Shown here: positions 11,357 to 22,445 of the stretch, in pieces | Numbering within the stretch: position 1 is the stretch's first letter | Layout of the letters: every line of letters begins with the position of its first letter | NCBI RefSeq assembly: GCF_000315625.1 | Contig: NW_005434585.1 | Location: 138,616-202,615, forward strand | Length of the DNA stretch: 64,000 bases | Direction: 5' to 3' | Source of the DNA: Guillardia theta CCMP2712 | Taxonomy: Eukaryota > Protista > Cryptophyta | The notes under the pieces: generated by a model | What the model was told of the DNA's origin: nothing | Database searches by the model: none | The model's input: only the letters and a program-made list of their open reading frames with translations | Program-made: the position numbers and the translations under genes

Positions 11357-11470
11357 ACACCCCACCACCCCCAAGGTCATACTCAAGCACTACCCACCCC
11401 CTACAATCTCCGGGGTGCTATGATACAAATAGACCCCACAACTGTTACTTTAGTACTACCCCCACCCCTC
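11357..11470 (-). repeat. ACCCC (GGGGT on - strand) patch
   Basis: Repeated ACCCC/ACCCAC words. Confidence 0.65.
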
Positions 11471-11551
11471 AAGAAGCACATTACTAAGAGAACAGCACAC
11501 CTCAGAAGGTTCACAGCCTGCAAAGCTTCATGTCAGATGGCGGCGATGATA

Positions 11552-11703
11552 GTCAGATGGAAGTAGCAGCAGAGTTGACGGCGATGATAGTCAGATGGAA
11601 GTAGCAGCAGAGTTGACGGCGATGATAGTCAGATGGAAGTAGCAGCAGAGTTGACGGCGATGATAGTCAGATGGAAGTAGCAGCAGAGTTGACGGCGATG
11701 ATA
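11552..11703 (+). repeat. 38-bp minisatellite, 4 perfect copies
   Basis: Unit GTCAGATGGAAGTAGCAGCAGAGTTGACGGCGATGATA starts at 11552, 11590, 11628 and 11666. Confidence 0.97.
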
Positions 11704-12387
11704 GTGAACTGTGTTGTGGCCATATAGACGATGGCTGCTGAGGTGATCGGACAAGAATGATGATCGGATGGTCTCAGTAGTGCTGCCATGATGGTGCTAG
11801 TGCTGGTGGCGATGATGACCCGACGTGCTGCCACTGGTTCTGACGAATTCGACCCAACCCTTGCAGAGATCCTACCGGATTGACGAAAACTTGAAGGAAC
11901 CATTGTCTCCCAGTTCTCATCAAGCGGGAAAGAAGCCACTTGGGCCTTCGCAGAACGAATAGAAATATCGATCGTCGTGAGGGATGATCAAGCTTCAACA
12001 GAGCTCAGGATTGTACTGCAACGCGCCTTCGTGTATGACTCGGATCCGAATATTAAAGGTTAGCACCGAGGATACTCATTAGTTCTGCAGATGAAACAAC
12101 GCAGAATGTTGAAAATGACATATCATCAATACGTGATATTAAGAGGGAAATCATCCCTTTTTTTATTCAAATCTGAAGTACCTAGGCCCAAATTCATGAC
12201 AACTCGAAAAATTGCGGAGTTAAACAATCTCAATGCCATGAAGTACAGTACAACTGCTTTGCCCTTTGAGGTCAGAAATAATAGTAGGTATTTGTAGACA
12301 TCATGTAGACATCATGCTGTTTTCTGCATGACTTCACCAAGCATGTACTCTCATCGTTAATGTGTTCACAGCTTGTAATGTCACAGT

Positions 12388-12912
12388 TCAATCTTTATCC
12401 GCAGCAGGCACGTCTGATAAGAATAGATCAATAATTTGCGGGCATACCATCCATCCTTGTGGATCATACGAGGTCGATTGATCTGCAGGGCCTCTTCCAT
12501 GCCTTAGACCGGTGGGTTTTGAGGAACGACTCTCGTCGACATGGACTGAGTTGTTGCTGTGCGAGCCTATGGACTGATCTGATTCTCCCGGGCCCATACA
12601 CTCATCTGATCTCTCTACATTCTCAGGTTTTTCTGATCTCTGCGCATTCTGAAACTTGTCTGGTTCTTGTAGATCCTCAGATTCCTTTGCTCTCTGGATG
12701 CTGGGCTCGCTTTCTCTGAACATGATTTGGGTAGCATGCTTCCAAGTTCGTCTGTTCCAGATGTCGCGCACAGCTTTCGGAGTGATGCCATACTTCCGCG
12801 CGAGGAGCACACTTTGAGACGTAGGGGACCAGGTCTTTTCGGCAGGGAAGAGGACGCGAACCTGGAAGATTTCACGAGCCATGTGCTCGTCGATGCGAGC
12901 TCTCCGCGCCAT
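12388..12912 (-). CDS. HTH-like putative DNA-binding protein, family copy 1
   Basis: Uninterrupted 174-aa ORF with ARIDEHMAREIF…LARKYGITPKAVRDIWNRRTWKHAT and C-terminal GWMVCPQIIDLFL; three paralogues in this window. Confidence 0.85.
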   Translation of the reverse strand: MARRARIDEHMAREIFQVRVLFPAEKTWSPTSQSVLLARKYGITPKAVRDIWNRRTWKHATQIMFRESEPSIQRAKESEDLQEPDKFQNAQRSEKPENVERSDECMGPGESDQSIGSHSNNSVHVDESRSSKPTGLRHGRGPADQSTSYDPQGWMVCPQIIDLFLSDVPAADKD

Positions 12913-13124
12913 ACTACCTCCTTCAGCGTAAAAGCCAGATATGGCTTTACATGTGTTTTAAATGTGACTGGCTAGAAAAGATACAACGGTTCGAAATAAC
13001 CTCGAAAATCTTGATTATATTCCCCAAATGTAAAGTGAATACTTGAAATGTATTCAAAAGACTTCAGGGATATCTCGAAATCTGCGGTTTGGCTGGCTTA
13101 TCCGATCGGGAGATTCCGCTCACT

Positions 13125-13335
13125 GGACTCCGCCGAATCATGGCCCGCGGCATTGCCATCGCCGCGGGCCCGGCCGCCGGGGCCCGGCCCCCGCCCGGCG
13201 GGCACTGCCGCACGGTCTCATTCGGAGTCAAGGGACTCGGGGGTGAGCCGCGCGGGCGGCCTGCCTCAGAGCCCGGCGCTTCACAGACTCAAGACTCAGT
13301 CACTGAGTCACGGAGTCCGCCGCCGAGGCCCTGCC
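13125..13335. other. GC/CpG-rich island
   Basis: CCGG/GGGCCC-rich; CTCAGTCACTGAGTCAC near 13295. Confidence 0.7.
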
Positions 13336-14841
13336 TCTCCCACTCGTACGCTTCGTTGAAGCCAACAGTTCGGTACAGTTCATCAAAGGGCAACAAATCT
13401 GCAAGAATCCGAACTGAATCAGTTGGCAAGTTGAACGTGGCAAGTTCAGCAGTGACAGTGTCATTACAAGGTTCCCTTGGCTCCGTTGATATTTGTTCTT
13501 CGTTCTTTATAGCTTGGAGAGTGCTCTGCGATGATGGAGTGAGCGAGGGTTTGTATATCGGACGGAACACAGGCTCCATCCCTGAGATCGAGAAGAATAC
13601 CTTCACAGCAGCAATGTAGCAATTGAGCAAAGTCACTCCCCGCAATGAAAGGCGGAATCCCATCGCTGCCATCAGGTCTCAGTTTTCTTCTCAACACGGA
13701 CGACCAGAACGATGGGAAGGTTTAGACCTCCAGCTTCTCCTGAGCTGAAAATGTGTACCCCAGGCCGTTCTACCTGTAGAGGGAGGCCGTGACAACACGG
13801 AATTGGAGCAGAATTGAAGGAGGGCAACAGTAAGGAGAGGGAAGAAATCAGGTTGTTGCAGAATTACTTGCGCCAGCATTGTTGGAACTTGTAGAGAACG
13901 GTTGATGATCTCCATCTCTTCTTGATTTGCAAGGCCTTCAGCGTAGACAATGTCTGCCTGCGGATGGTGGGAAATTACCTTTGTGACTCTGTTCACGCAG
14001 ACAGCAACTTACACCAGCCTCTTGGAAGCGCCTGCAGAGTTTAATCGTCTCTTGCAAGACCTGTTGAGCAGGGTCTTACATGTGTGCTGGAGACGTGCGA
14101 TGTGTTTGCAACAATCTCGCTCACATCGGCTCGAGGCCTGGTGCCCTTGACTTTAAGACGGTCTGTTCTTGCGATGAGGAGGATGTCCCAACCTTCATCT
14201 CTTGACTCATCCCTGGCTCTGATCGCTGCCTCAATCCTCTCCTGCGCCTCTTCCACTCCCACGACTTGTACTCCGCTAGCATACGCGCAGCGCTTTGGGA
14301 AGCATTGATCCTCTATGCTCACTGCAGCAAACCCTGCTCGTGCGAATCCCTTCACCGTCCTCCTCACGTTGAGGGTTCCACCATATCCCGTGTCGCCGTC
14401 CCCGATCACCGGTATCTTGACAGCATTGCAGACGTCTCTACCAGCATCTGCCATCTCGGAATACGTTGCGACCCCCACGTCTGGCATTCCTAGACGAGAA
14501 GCGCTGAAAGCGAACCCTGAGAAGAAAGCGGCTTTGAACCCAGCGCCCTCAATGAGCTTGCATTGAGACAATTCAGACGCGTCTCGCACGAACATGTGAG
14601 GTTTACCTTGGCCCCAATAGCATCATGGCATCCTATCAGATCCGTGCATTCTTGTCCAGCTAGAAGTGAGCGAAGCTGAAGGGAGAATTTCAAGGGGGAG
14701 CGATCAATGTTGGACATGGCAAGCTGATCTGGGAACAAAGATGAGAGAGATGGGGCTTACAAGGAGAGGTAAGAGATAGGGGAACATCAACACGAATCAT
14801 CCAACATGTCGACACTTCACCTTGTCTGCGCTATTCTTCAT
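13289..14841 (-). CDS. isocitrate lyase/PEP mutase superfamily enzyme (PrpB/2,3-dimethylmalate lyase-like)
   Basis: GCHDAIGAK, FFSGFAFSASRLGMPD, IPVIGDGDTGYGG, SIEDQCFPKRC, LIARTD, ADIVYAEG. Start at 14841 or 14717. Confidence 0.88.
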
Positions 14842-15256
14842 TTTCTACTTTCCACTACTGCGATGCTTTGCTGCACACCATAATAAAATTATAACTTTGA
14901 AAGTGAAAATTCGAAAAATCTGCAAAACTTTCAAATTACAGACCATGGATGGAACTCGGCATCATGGCATCATGGCGTTGTGAACCGTCGGAACTATGGT
15001 CGGCGAGTAGGTGAGCGACTCGGATACTACTGAATGGGATGCAAGACTTGAGTTCAGTTTAGTAAGGAGAAGCTGCTGACAGAGAGTTTGAGGCACTTGT
15101 GTATTAAGGACGATGAAATCTCGCCAAGACCCGCTGTAGTCCACACATGGAGGCCAAGGAAACTAAAACCTTTAAGATTCCCTTGAAAAATGCATTTGCT
15201 GTGTGTTTTCAACATTAGGGGATGGTCAAGAGGGGCCAGGCAAGCAAATATTCTTG

Positions 15257-16849
15257 TCAAAGACCTGAAAAACACGGGTTTCGCAGAGGCGAAGTGTTCT
15301 CCGAAGCATACATCACATCTAAGCCTCGCCCCTGCAAATAAATGTCATCGATTCTCCGCCAACTCTTGCTCCCACCTGCTTCCAGACGATGCAAGGAAAT
15401 GCTGGTTTGCCCCTGTGGATATTGGCAGGGCCTGTGCATGTAGTGATGACGAGTTTTTCAAACCTTCACAGATCATACCCAAAGTCGAAGACGCCCCGAC
15501 ATCGCCGTTGGTGTTCATTGCAACAATCCCGACGGTCAGCTTCTGGAGTTTGAGCGAATAAAACTCTATTCAGGCTTCTACAAACTGAATACCTTGTGCT
15601 GTCTGTTTTCACCCTGGAACGAAGCTCCGGAGCTCTGGATGGCCCTAGTGCAAGGTCAGGAGCAGGAACAGAAATTCTTTCTTTGACCTGAGCCGAGCTA
15701 TCGCATGCTCGCACGCCCTAGTAGGAGAATCGCCCATTCTCATCCTCTCCACCACCTGCCCTACCCTTCAACCTCCGACCCCCCAAGGGCGCCAGTAACC
15801 AGGAAGCTCAGACAGCCTCGCATGATCTCTTCGCCGTCCCCTGTTGCCACAGCTATCGAAGAACTGATCACGGCGATGAAAAAGCAAACTTCGCTCGTCT
15901 ACCCGCACCGCACGCCTGATCCACGTAGAAACCAGAGCCAACCTGAGTCCCTCAGTGATCCCAAAGGAAAGGTAGCGGAAGCATAGTTACCAAGGGCGAG
16001 TCTCCCACTCGGCCAGGTAGCTAGTCCCATGACATCATTCATCTCCCCGCGGGTTGTTTTCAGATCTTACCTTGAACTTCCATCCGCTAGTCGAAGTTGC
16101 TACGACAAGCTCGCCTGTCTCATCTCGACATCTGCAACCCAGAGGTAAACTGAACATTTCACGAAATCCTGCGAGGTTCGAACATGATTCCAATCGTGTC
16201 ATGCGATGCCTCCTTGTCGACGGTGAAGTTCTGCTCACGTTTCCATAGTTCAAACTCTCTACGGCTTGCATGAAATCTTCAGCAGCGCTCGTTATAATCT
16301 CTACCTTACCTCTCGTCGGTCAGGATATTTTCTTCCTTGAACCCGTTCTCGAGCGCAAACGTTTTCGCTCCTTCTCCTTGTTTCCAAGACAATCACGTCG
16401 ACATGCTGCTCCCTCATTCTCAAAGTTTCACCTGCCAGCACGGTGTGCTGCCCGTGCTCCATCAGCTTCCTAGCAACTGACACGGGAGTGCTGATCCCTT
16501 GAACCGCTAGGACGCATCCTAGCCGGTACCCCCTACCGCGCATGATGGCGGCGTCAAGCTCCATGACTCCGTCCCGATTTGGGAGCCCTCCTACTCCGAC
16601 GAAGTACTGATCCTGCGTGTCAAGCTCGACCGCGTTCACCGCTCTCTCTGCTGCGTCGACTGCTGAGTGTCCCTCCGCTAGCCATCTCGCTGCCTCTCTG
16701 ACTGCGATCTCTCCGAACTTCCAGGTCGCAACCGCACATGGCGTAACCTTCCCATGCACACTTGATATCAGGGTGGCAAGCACAACGCCAAGTAGTAGAG
16801 CATGGCGATAGCCGGAGCGCCGAAGGCCAGCATCCGACGATGAAACCAT
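15257..16849 (-). CDS. AGA: N(4)-(beta-N-acetylglucosaminyl)-L-asparaginase (aspartylglucosaminidase-like, type 2 asparaginase Ntn hydrolase)
   Basis: Signal peptide; VATW, SAVDA, VGVGGLPNRDGVMELDAAIM; autocleavage HDTIG (~16190-16205); ATSTSGWKFK; PGRVGDSP; GDGEEIMR. Final exon uncertain. Confidence 0.85.
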
Positions 16850-16993
16850 GAGGAAGGAAGGAGAGGTGATCACGTTGTGGTGTGTGAGAGAGAAGCAATC
16901 TACCCGATATCGCGAGAGAGATCACAAGATGTGAAGTTAGATGGAGATCAAAAGACGACGCTGTCAACTCAAAGCGAGCAGCTCTCTAGCTCT

Positions 16994-19900
16994 CTACTCC
17001 CTCTCAACATCCCTCTCTTCCATGTTTCCCATGCGCCTCGTCGTGACAGTGCGGTATGAGGGCTTCCAAGTTCCGAACTTTTTGCCGCCTTTTGTGGGAA
17101 CTATGTCCTCTGCTACGGCTGTGCCGTAGTCGTGACGGATCTGAAGGAGACGAGGGTCCCGTCGGTTCGTCTTCTCACGAGGGTTGCTGGGGATACCGTA
17201 AGGAGGCAGAAAGCGAGGACAGCGGAGGTGAGGAGGCGGGGAGAGGAATCGAAAACCATGGAGAGCAGGAGAGAAAGGAGGGAAGGTATGGAAACCATGG
17301 CAAGAGCATGCCATTTATCCGAGCAGATCAGAAAGAGAGGTAAGGGGAGGAGGAGAGGGGAAGGGAGGGAAGAGGGGGCTACTTGGGGTCGGAGAGGTCG
17401 AGCACGAACGGATGAAAGGTTGGATCTCTGAGCAGCTTTGCAAGCTTTGACGCATGTGCCTGCAACCCCTGTAAAGCTTCGGGTTGTGACACGATTTGGC
17501 GGACGTCTACAGCGAATGGATCACACAGGAGAAGATGAGAAGAGAAGGGACGAAGCAACCTAGGAGCAGAGATAGGTATTGAGAAGGAGTTGATGAAGGT
17601 GAGGAGGGCAGCGGAGAAGCTGGAGAAGGAAGGACAAGTGCGAAGGCAAAGACGGTCACAAGATAGAGGGAAGGGCGGAGCAGTCAAGGAAAGGAGATTC
17701 GTGGGGAGCAAGGAGACATTCCCAACCTGATTCTCCTCCAGCGTCATCCCAAACCTTCCTTCCGCCGCAGCTGCTCGCATGACGCCTCCTGGTCGTGTGT
17801 CGAGAGCTCCCATGACGCGGATAGGGACGATGCCCCTGGGCCGAACCTGAGGAGCCAAGGTGAGGAGGAGGGAGAGAGGTTTGAAGGCGACGAGGAAGGA
17901 GGGGGAGAATAATCTCGTGCATCCTTCCTATCTATCTTAATCACTATCAGCATCATGATCATGATCATGATCATGATCATCCTCTCCTCTCTCCCTCTCC
18001 TCCCCTTTCTTTTCCTCCTCATCCTTCACCTCCTCCTCCTCACCATCGCCTCGACTTTTATCTAGCTGCAATAACGACTCCCCTCCTCACCTTCACCGCC
18101 GCCTCCCTCGCCGCCACGATCAGCTCGTTCAGTCTGCGATGCTCGAGGGTCAAGTCAGTCACCACACTCTGCTGAAACTGCAGCTGCTCCTCTATCTCCT
18201 TGCCCTTCTCCATCATCTCCTTCGCGGCCTGCAGCTCCCTCGACGCTTCCAGCACAGCCTCCAGCAGGAGGCTCTCCTGACCGTCCTTGGCGCTCGCCGC
18301 GCTCCTCTCGACCATCCTCGCTTCATGCATCACAGACACGAGCTCCTTCTCCTGCTCCAGCAGCGCCTCCCTCTTAAAACGGTTCTCCTCCGCCAGCTGA
18401 CGGAACTCTTCCTCATTCTTTGCTTCCTTCCCTGGGACTTCATGACACTCCTCAACCTCCTCCATGTCCTTCAGCCTCCTTCTCAGCTCCTCCGCCTCCT
18501 CCCTCCACCTGTTCAGCTCTTTCTGCAGGCTGTCACACTGCTGCTGCTGCCTCCTATACTTGATGTGGTTCTTGTGCGCCGCCCGCTCGCTTGCCTGCAG
18601 CTTCTCCTGCAGCTCCTCGAACTTCCTTCCCGTCTCCTGCTGGTCCCTAGCCCCTCCCTCCTGCTGCCTCAGCTGCTCTTCCAGCACAGAGATCCGCTCC
18701 AGCAGGTGGACCTTCTCCCTCGAGATCTCCTCCAGCTGGTACTGGAGCTGGGAAGCGAGGTTGACACCCTCCCTCTCCTGCTGAGGACCTGCCTGCTCCA
18801 GCATATGCAGCTGCCGCTCGAGCTGGCCGATCCTGGCCTGCTGCTGCTCGATATGCCGCTGCTGGTCCGCAGCCGAGGAAGAGGAGGAAGAGACGAGCTG
18901 AGCGTCTCTAATGGCAGCGAGGGAGGCCTCGAGATCTCGAATCGCGAGCTTCTGATTCTCCATCCTCCCCTGCGCCTGCTCGAGCTGGCTCATGACGCTT
19001 CTCTTCTCCTGCTCCTCCTTGGCGAGCTTATCCTGGGTGCTCGCCAGGATTCTCTTCAGCTGCTCCATCTCCTGCTGCAGCTGTCGGGCATCTTCCTCCC
19101 TCCTGTTCTCCACGTTCACCAGGTCGTCGATTCTGCCATGGGATGTCAAGAGGAGAAGCTGAAACTTCCTGCTTCCTCCTCCTCCCCGCCTCTACTTCCT
19201 CCTTCATTCCCACTCATCTCCTCTATGGCCGTCTACCTCTTCCTCTCCCTAGGATCGATCTACCACAACCTCCTTTCCCAACATTCCAATTCCTCATCAT
19301 CAGATTCATTCCCCTGTTCCTCCTCCTCGTCCTCCTCCTCGTTTTCTTCTTCCTGTCTCTTCTCTTCTCTTCTCTTCTCTTCTCTCCTGGACTCTTCCAA
19401 TATCTTCTCTTACATCTTCTCCCTCCTGGCGGCAGATCGCTGGTGTGTTCCTTCTTCCCTTCCCTGCCAGTGGATCAAGTGATTCTTCTGAAGCTTCTGG
19501 AAAGCGTGCGAGGAGTCTGAAAGAATAGTCAGGAAAGTGAGATTGAAGTGGAGAAGAGGAGAGAATGGGAGCGTGAGGGAGAGGGGGAGACGGGGAGGAG
19601 GAGGATGGGATCCAGTCATCAAGGGAAGGAGGTTGAGTGGGTGAGAGAAGCAAGGAACTCAAGCTTGCCTGATAGGAGTCCTTCTCGCAGACGAGTCTCC
19701 CTCATCTTGTCGAGCTCGTCTCCGAATCTTGACAAGATCTTGCAGCACGTCAGATTCTCCGCCGTTGCTTCAACAGTCCATGCTCCCTCCCACTCTTCGT
19801 ACTCTTCCCCAACTCTTTTCTTCTTCCTCCTCCTCCTCCTCCTCCTCCTCCTCCTCTTCTCTTGAGCTTACCTGCTTCTCTCTCGTTGGTGACACTCTTC

Positions 19901-21557
19901 CTCTCGAGGGGCTCGGGCCCTCAGCTGCTTTTTCCTGGGGCGCCAACGGGGTTTTGAGTTTCTGCCTCCTATCCTCGAGCTTGGCAGGTGAATGCGAGGG
20001 TGCCCTAGCCGCCTGCTGCTCTTTCTGCGCCTCCTTGCTCCTTGCCGAAAGCTTTTCCTGTGCTTCTTCCAGCTCCTGCTGGCGAGGCGTCAGCGCCATC
20101 AGCGTCGAGCGAGCTGTTATCTCCCTCCGTACTTACCTGTTCGTTCTTGGGAGGAGTCGAGTGCACTTGTTCTGCGTGTTGATTCACCTGCAGCCCCCAC
20201 TGTCCTCTCACGATCTGCTGCTGTGGAGCTGAAGCAAGAGGAGAGAAGTGATTTTCAATGTTCCTCCCTGCTCCTGCTCCTGCTCCTGCCCCTGCCCCTG
20301 CTCCTGCCCCTGCTCCAGCTCCAGCTCCAGCTCCAGCTCCAGCTCCTGCCAGCCTTCCAAAGTCTCCTTTTCTTGCCCATCCCTCACCCCATGTTGGTGC
20401 CGAGTGCAGTGGATGCTGAGTTGGCACTAATGAGGAGGAAGCTGCCAGAGGAATACATGGGAAGGAAGGAGGAGAAGAATGGATAGGAGGGAGAAGGAAA
20501 AGAATGGACAGAAGAGAGAGAGAGGGAAAGGGGGAGCGAGGAAAGAATAGATAGGAGGGAGGGAGGGAGGGAGGGAGGGAGGGAGGGAGGGAGGGAGGGA
20601 GGCACGCGTGCGTACTTTTGGGCGTGGGAGGAGGGGAGTTGAACTCACATTCGGAGACGGAGTCTGCATGGCGTTATGTATCCTGTCATTGTATACTGAC
20701 GGGCTTCCTTTCCATCCTTGCACCTGGGATTGATACTGTCCCTCCGCCGGGTCGTCCTGGAAGCAATCAGCGTTGAGGAGAGAGCAGGAGGAGCTAACTT
20801 GTCTTCGAGTCTTGTCGATGCGGATGGAGAACTCGACATTCCTCCTTCGGACGAGGAGGAGCACAGAGGACCTTTCTTTCAGCATGACGATCAGCTGCGG
20901 TATCATATCCCTATTCCCATGTTCGTCAGGGGAGTGTCATCATCATTAACATCATCATCATCCTCAGAGGAGGAGGAGGAGGAGGAGGAGGAGGAGGAGG
21001 AGGGGGAAGAGGGTAGCAGCATCAGAGCAAGAGGAGCAGCATCAGAGGATGAGGAAGAGGAGGAGTAGCAGAGGATAAGGAGTTGGAGCAGCAGCAGCAG
21101 CATCGGGAGGCACCGTGAGGAGGGGATGATGTCCGAGTCGTCCGACCCCGCGGCGACGATGAGGTCTCCCACCAGCATCCCAGCATCATATGCAGGAGAC
21201 AGGTGATCGACTGCTGTCACAAGTAGTCCGTCGCCATGCACCTCGAACCTGCCAAGAATGCATTCAGGGGTTGAGGGAGGAGGAGTAGGCGAGACGAGAG
21301 GGAGGAGCATGAGGACAGACGAGGCTCTCTGGAAGGACTCATGACTTCCAGTAGGCTCTTTGAGTACAAACTAACGTAGAAGAAGAACAGGTTTCAAACC
21401 AAACATTTTCGATGGTCAATGGAGCAAGGAAGTTCAGAAGGGAGGTTGCAACATGCGGGAAGTGCGGTAGAGCTACTTACTTGAAGCCAAGGCGGAGAGG
21501 GTTCGGAGGACTCCTCGTTGGAGTTTGTTGACCAAAGAACTCAGTGATCATGTCCAT
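16994..21557 (-). CDS. PDZ-domain plus long coiled-coil protein (multi-exon, boundaries approximate)
   Basis: PDZ-like exon GDGLLVTAVDHLSPAYDAGMLVGDLIV (~21150-21250); 363-aa coiled-coil ORF 18058-19149; further exons to …ERDVERE*. Confidence 0.6.
20553..20602 (+). repeat. (GGGA)n microsatellite in an intron
   Basis: Directly visible. Confidence 0.9.
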
Positions 21558-22142
21558 GTTGACCAAGTCAAACAGACATCAACTCTGTTTGCAACTGGAA
21601 CGATTGTCATCTCGTGAGAATCAACGCGAGCTTGTGAAGTCATGATCATTCGCGGTACAAAGCGCATACCATGTTGTAGCACATCAACCAAGAAAGAGTG
21701 GAATTTGCAATACTTCTTGGAAGTACAAGAGAGAAATTTGCAAGTTGCGAATGCAGGTTGATTCTTTTCCTGATGCTGAAAACATGCATTTTCTTGCAGC
21801 CATTCATAACAACTTTGAGAATTTCAAGAGTATTTCTCCTTTTTCAAGAGATTGACAACGAGCAGACAAGACACGGCATTGAAATTGAGCGAGCAAGTGC
21901 GGTGACCAACGGTCAGTTATTGAACAGTCTCATGTACAAAACAGGCAGAAATCTCACTGAGATCACACTATTACTCCTCACATTCTATCAAACCATCCAG
22001 TTACATCTAGATCCGATCTCTAGTTCCCTCTTCATCCCCTTTTCTCCCTCTCCAGCGTCGTTTCCTTCCACCTCTTCCTCCATTCCGGCCAGTCCTCAAA
22101 TCTTGATGGACCTAGTCAAGCACTGGTCTTCCTTCAAACTAC

Positions 22143-22285
22143 CGTAGTACTGAGCGACTGGACGGTCCGGGAACTCCGGGGCCCGGCCGGTCGGGTCCGA
22201 TCAGTCACTCAGTGCCGCGAAATCTACCGTACGAACTGAGACTGGCTGGCTTTACTTAAAGTCAAGCTAAAAATCAGTATGAGGA
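22143..22285. other. GC/CpG-rich island ending in the TTTACT(C/T)AAAGT motif
   Basis: CCGGGGCCCGGCCGG, TCAGTCACTCAG; TTTACTTAAAGTCAAGCTAAAAATCAGTATG at 22251-22281. Confidence 0.7.
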
Positions 22286-22445
22286 CATTCAGAAGAGTCG
22301 AGGAGGCGTGGTGATTTGAAAGTTTAAGTTAAAAAGTTTACAGCTATCGACATGCCTTTACACAGACTACACAAGCACTCACTGGTGTTCGAGTCACCGG
22401 TCGGCCGAGTACTTCCTGCTCTGATCAGCCAGTATCTTCATCCAC

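Noticed and set aside
11552-11703. CRISPR array (repeat of CRISPR-like length)
   Set aside because: Copies are head-to-tail with no spacers; no cas genes; eukaryotic context.
18139-19482. 447-aa Leu-rich + strand ORF
   Set aside because: Antisense shadow of the Glu/Gln-rich coiled-coil exon.
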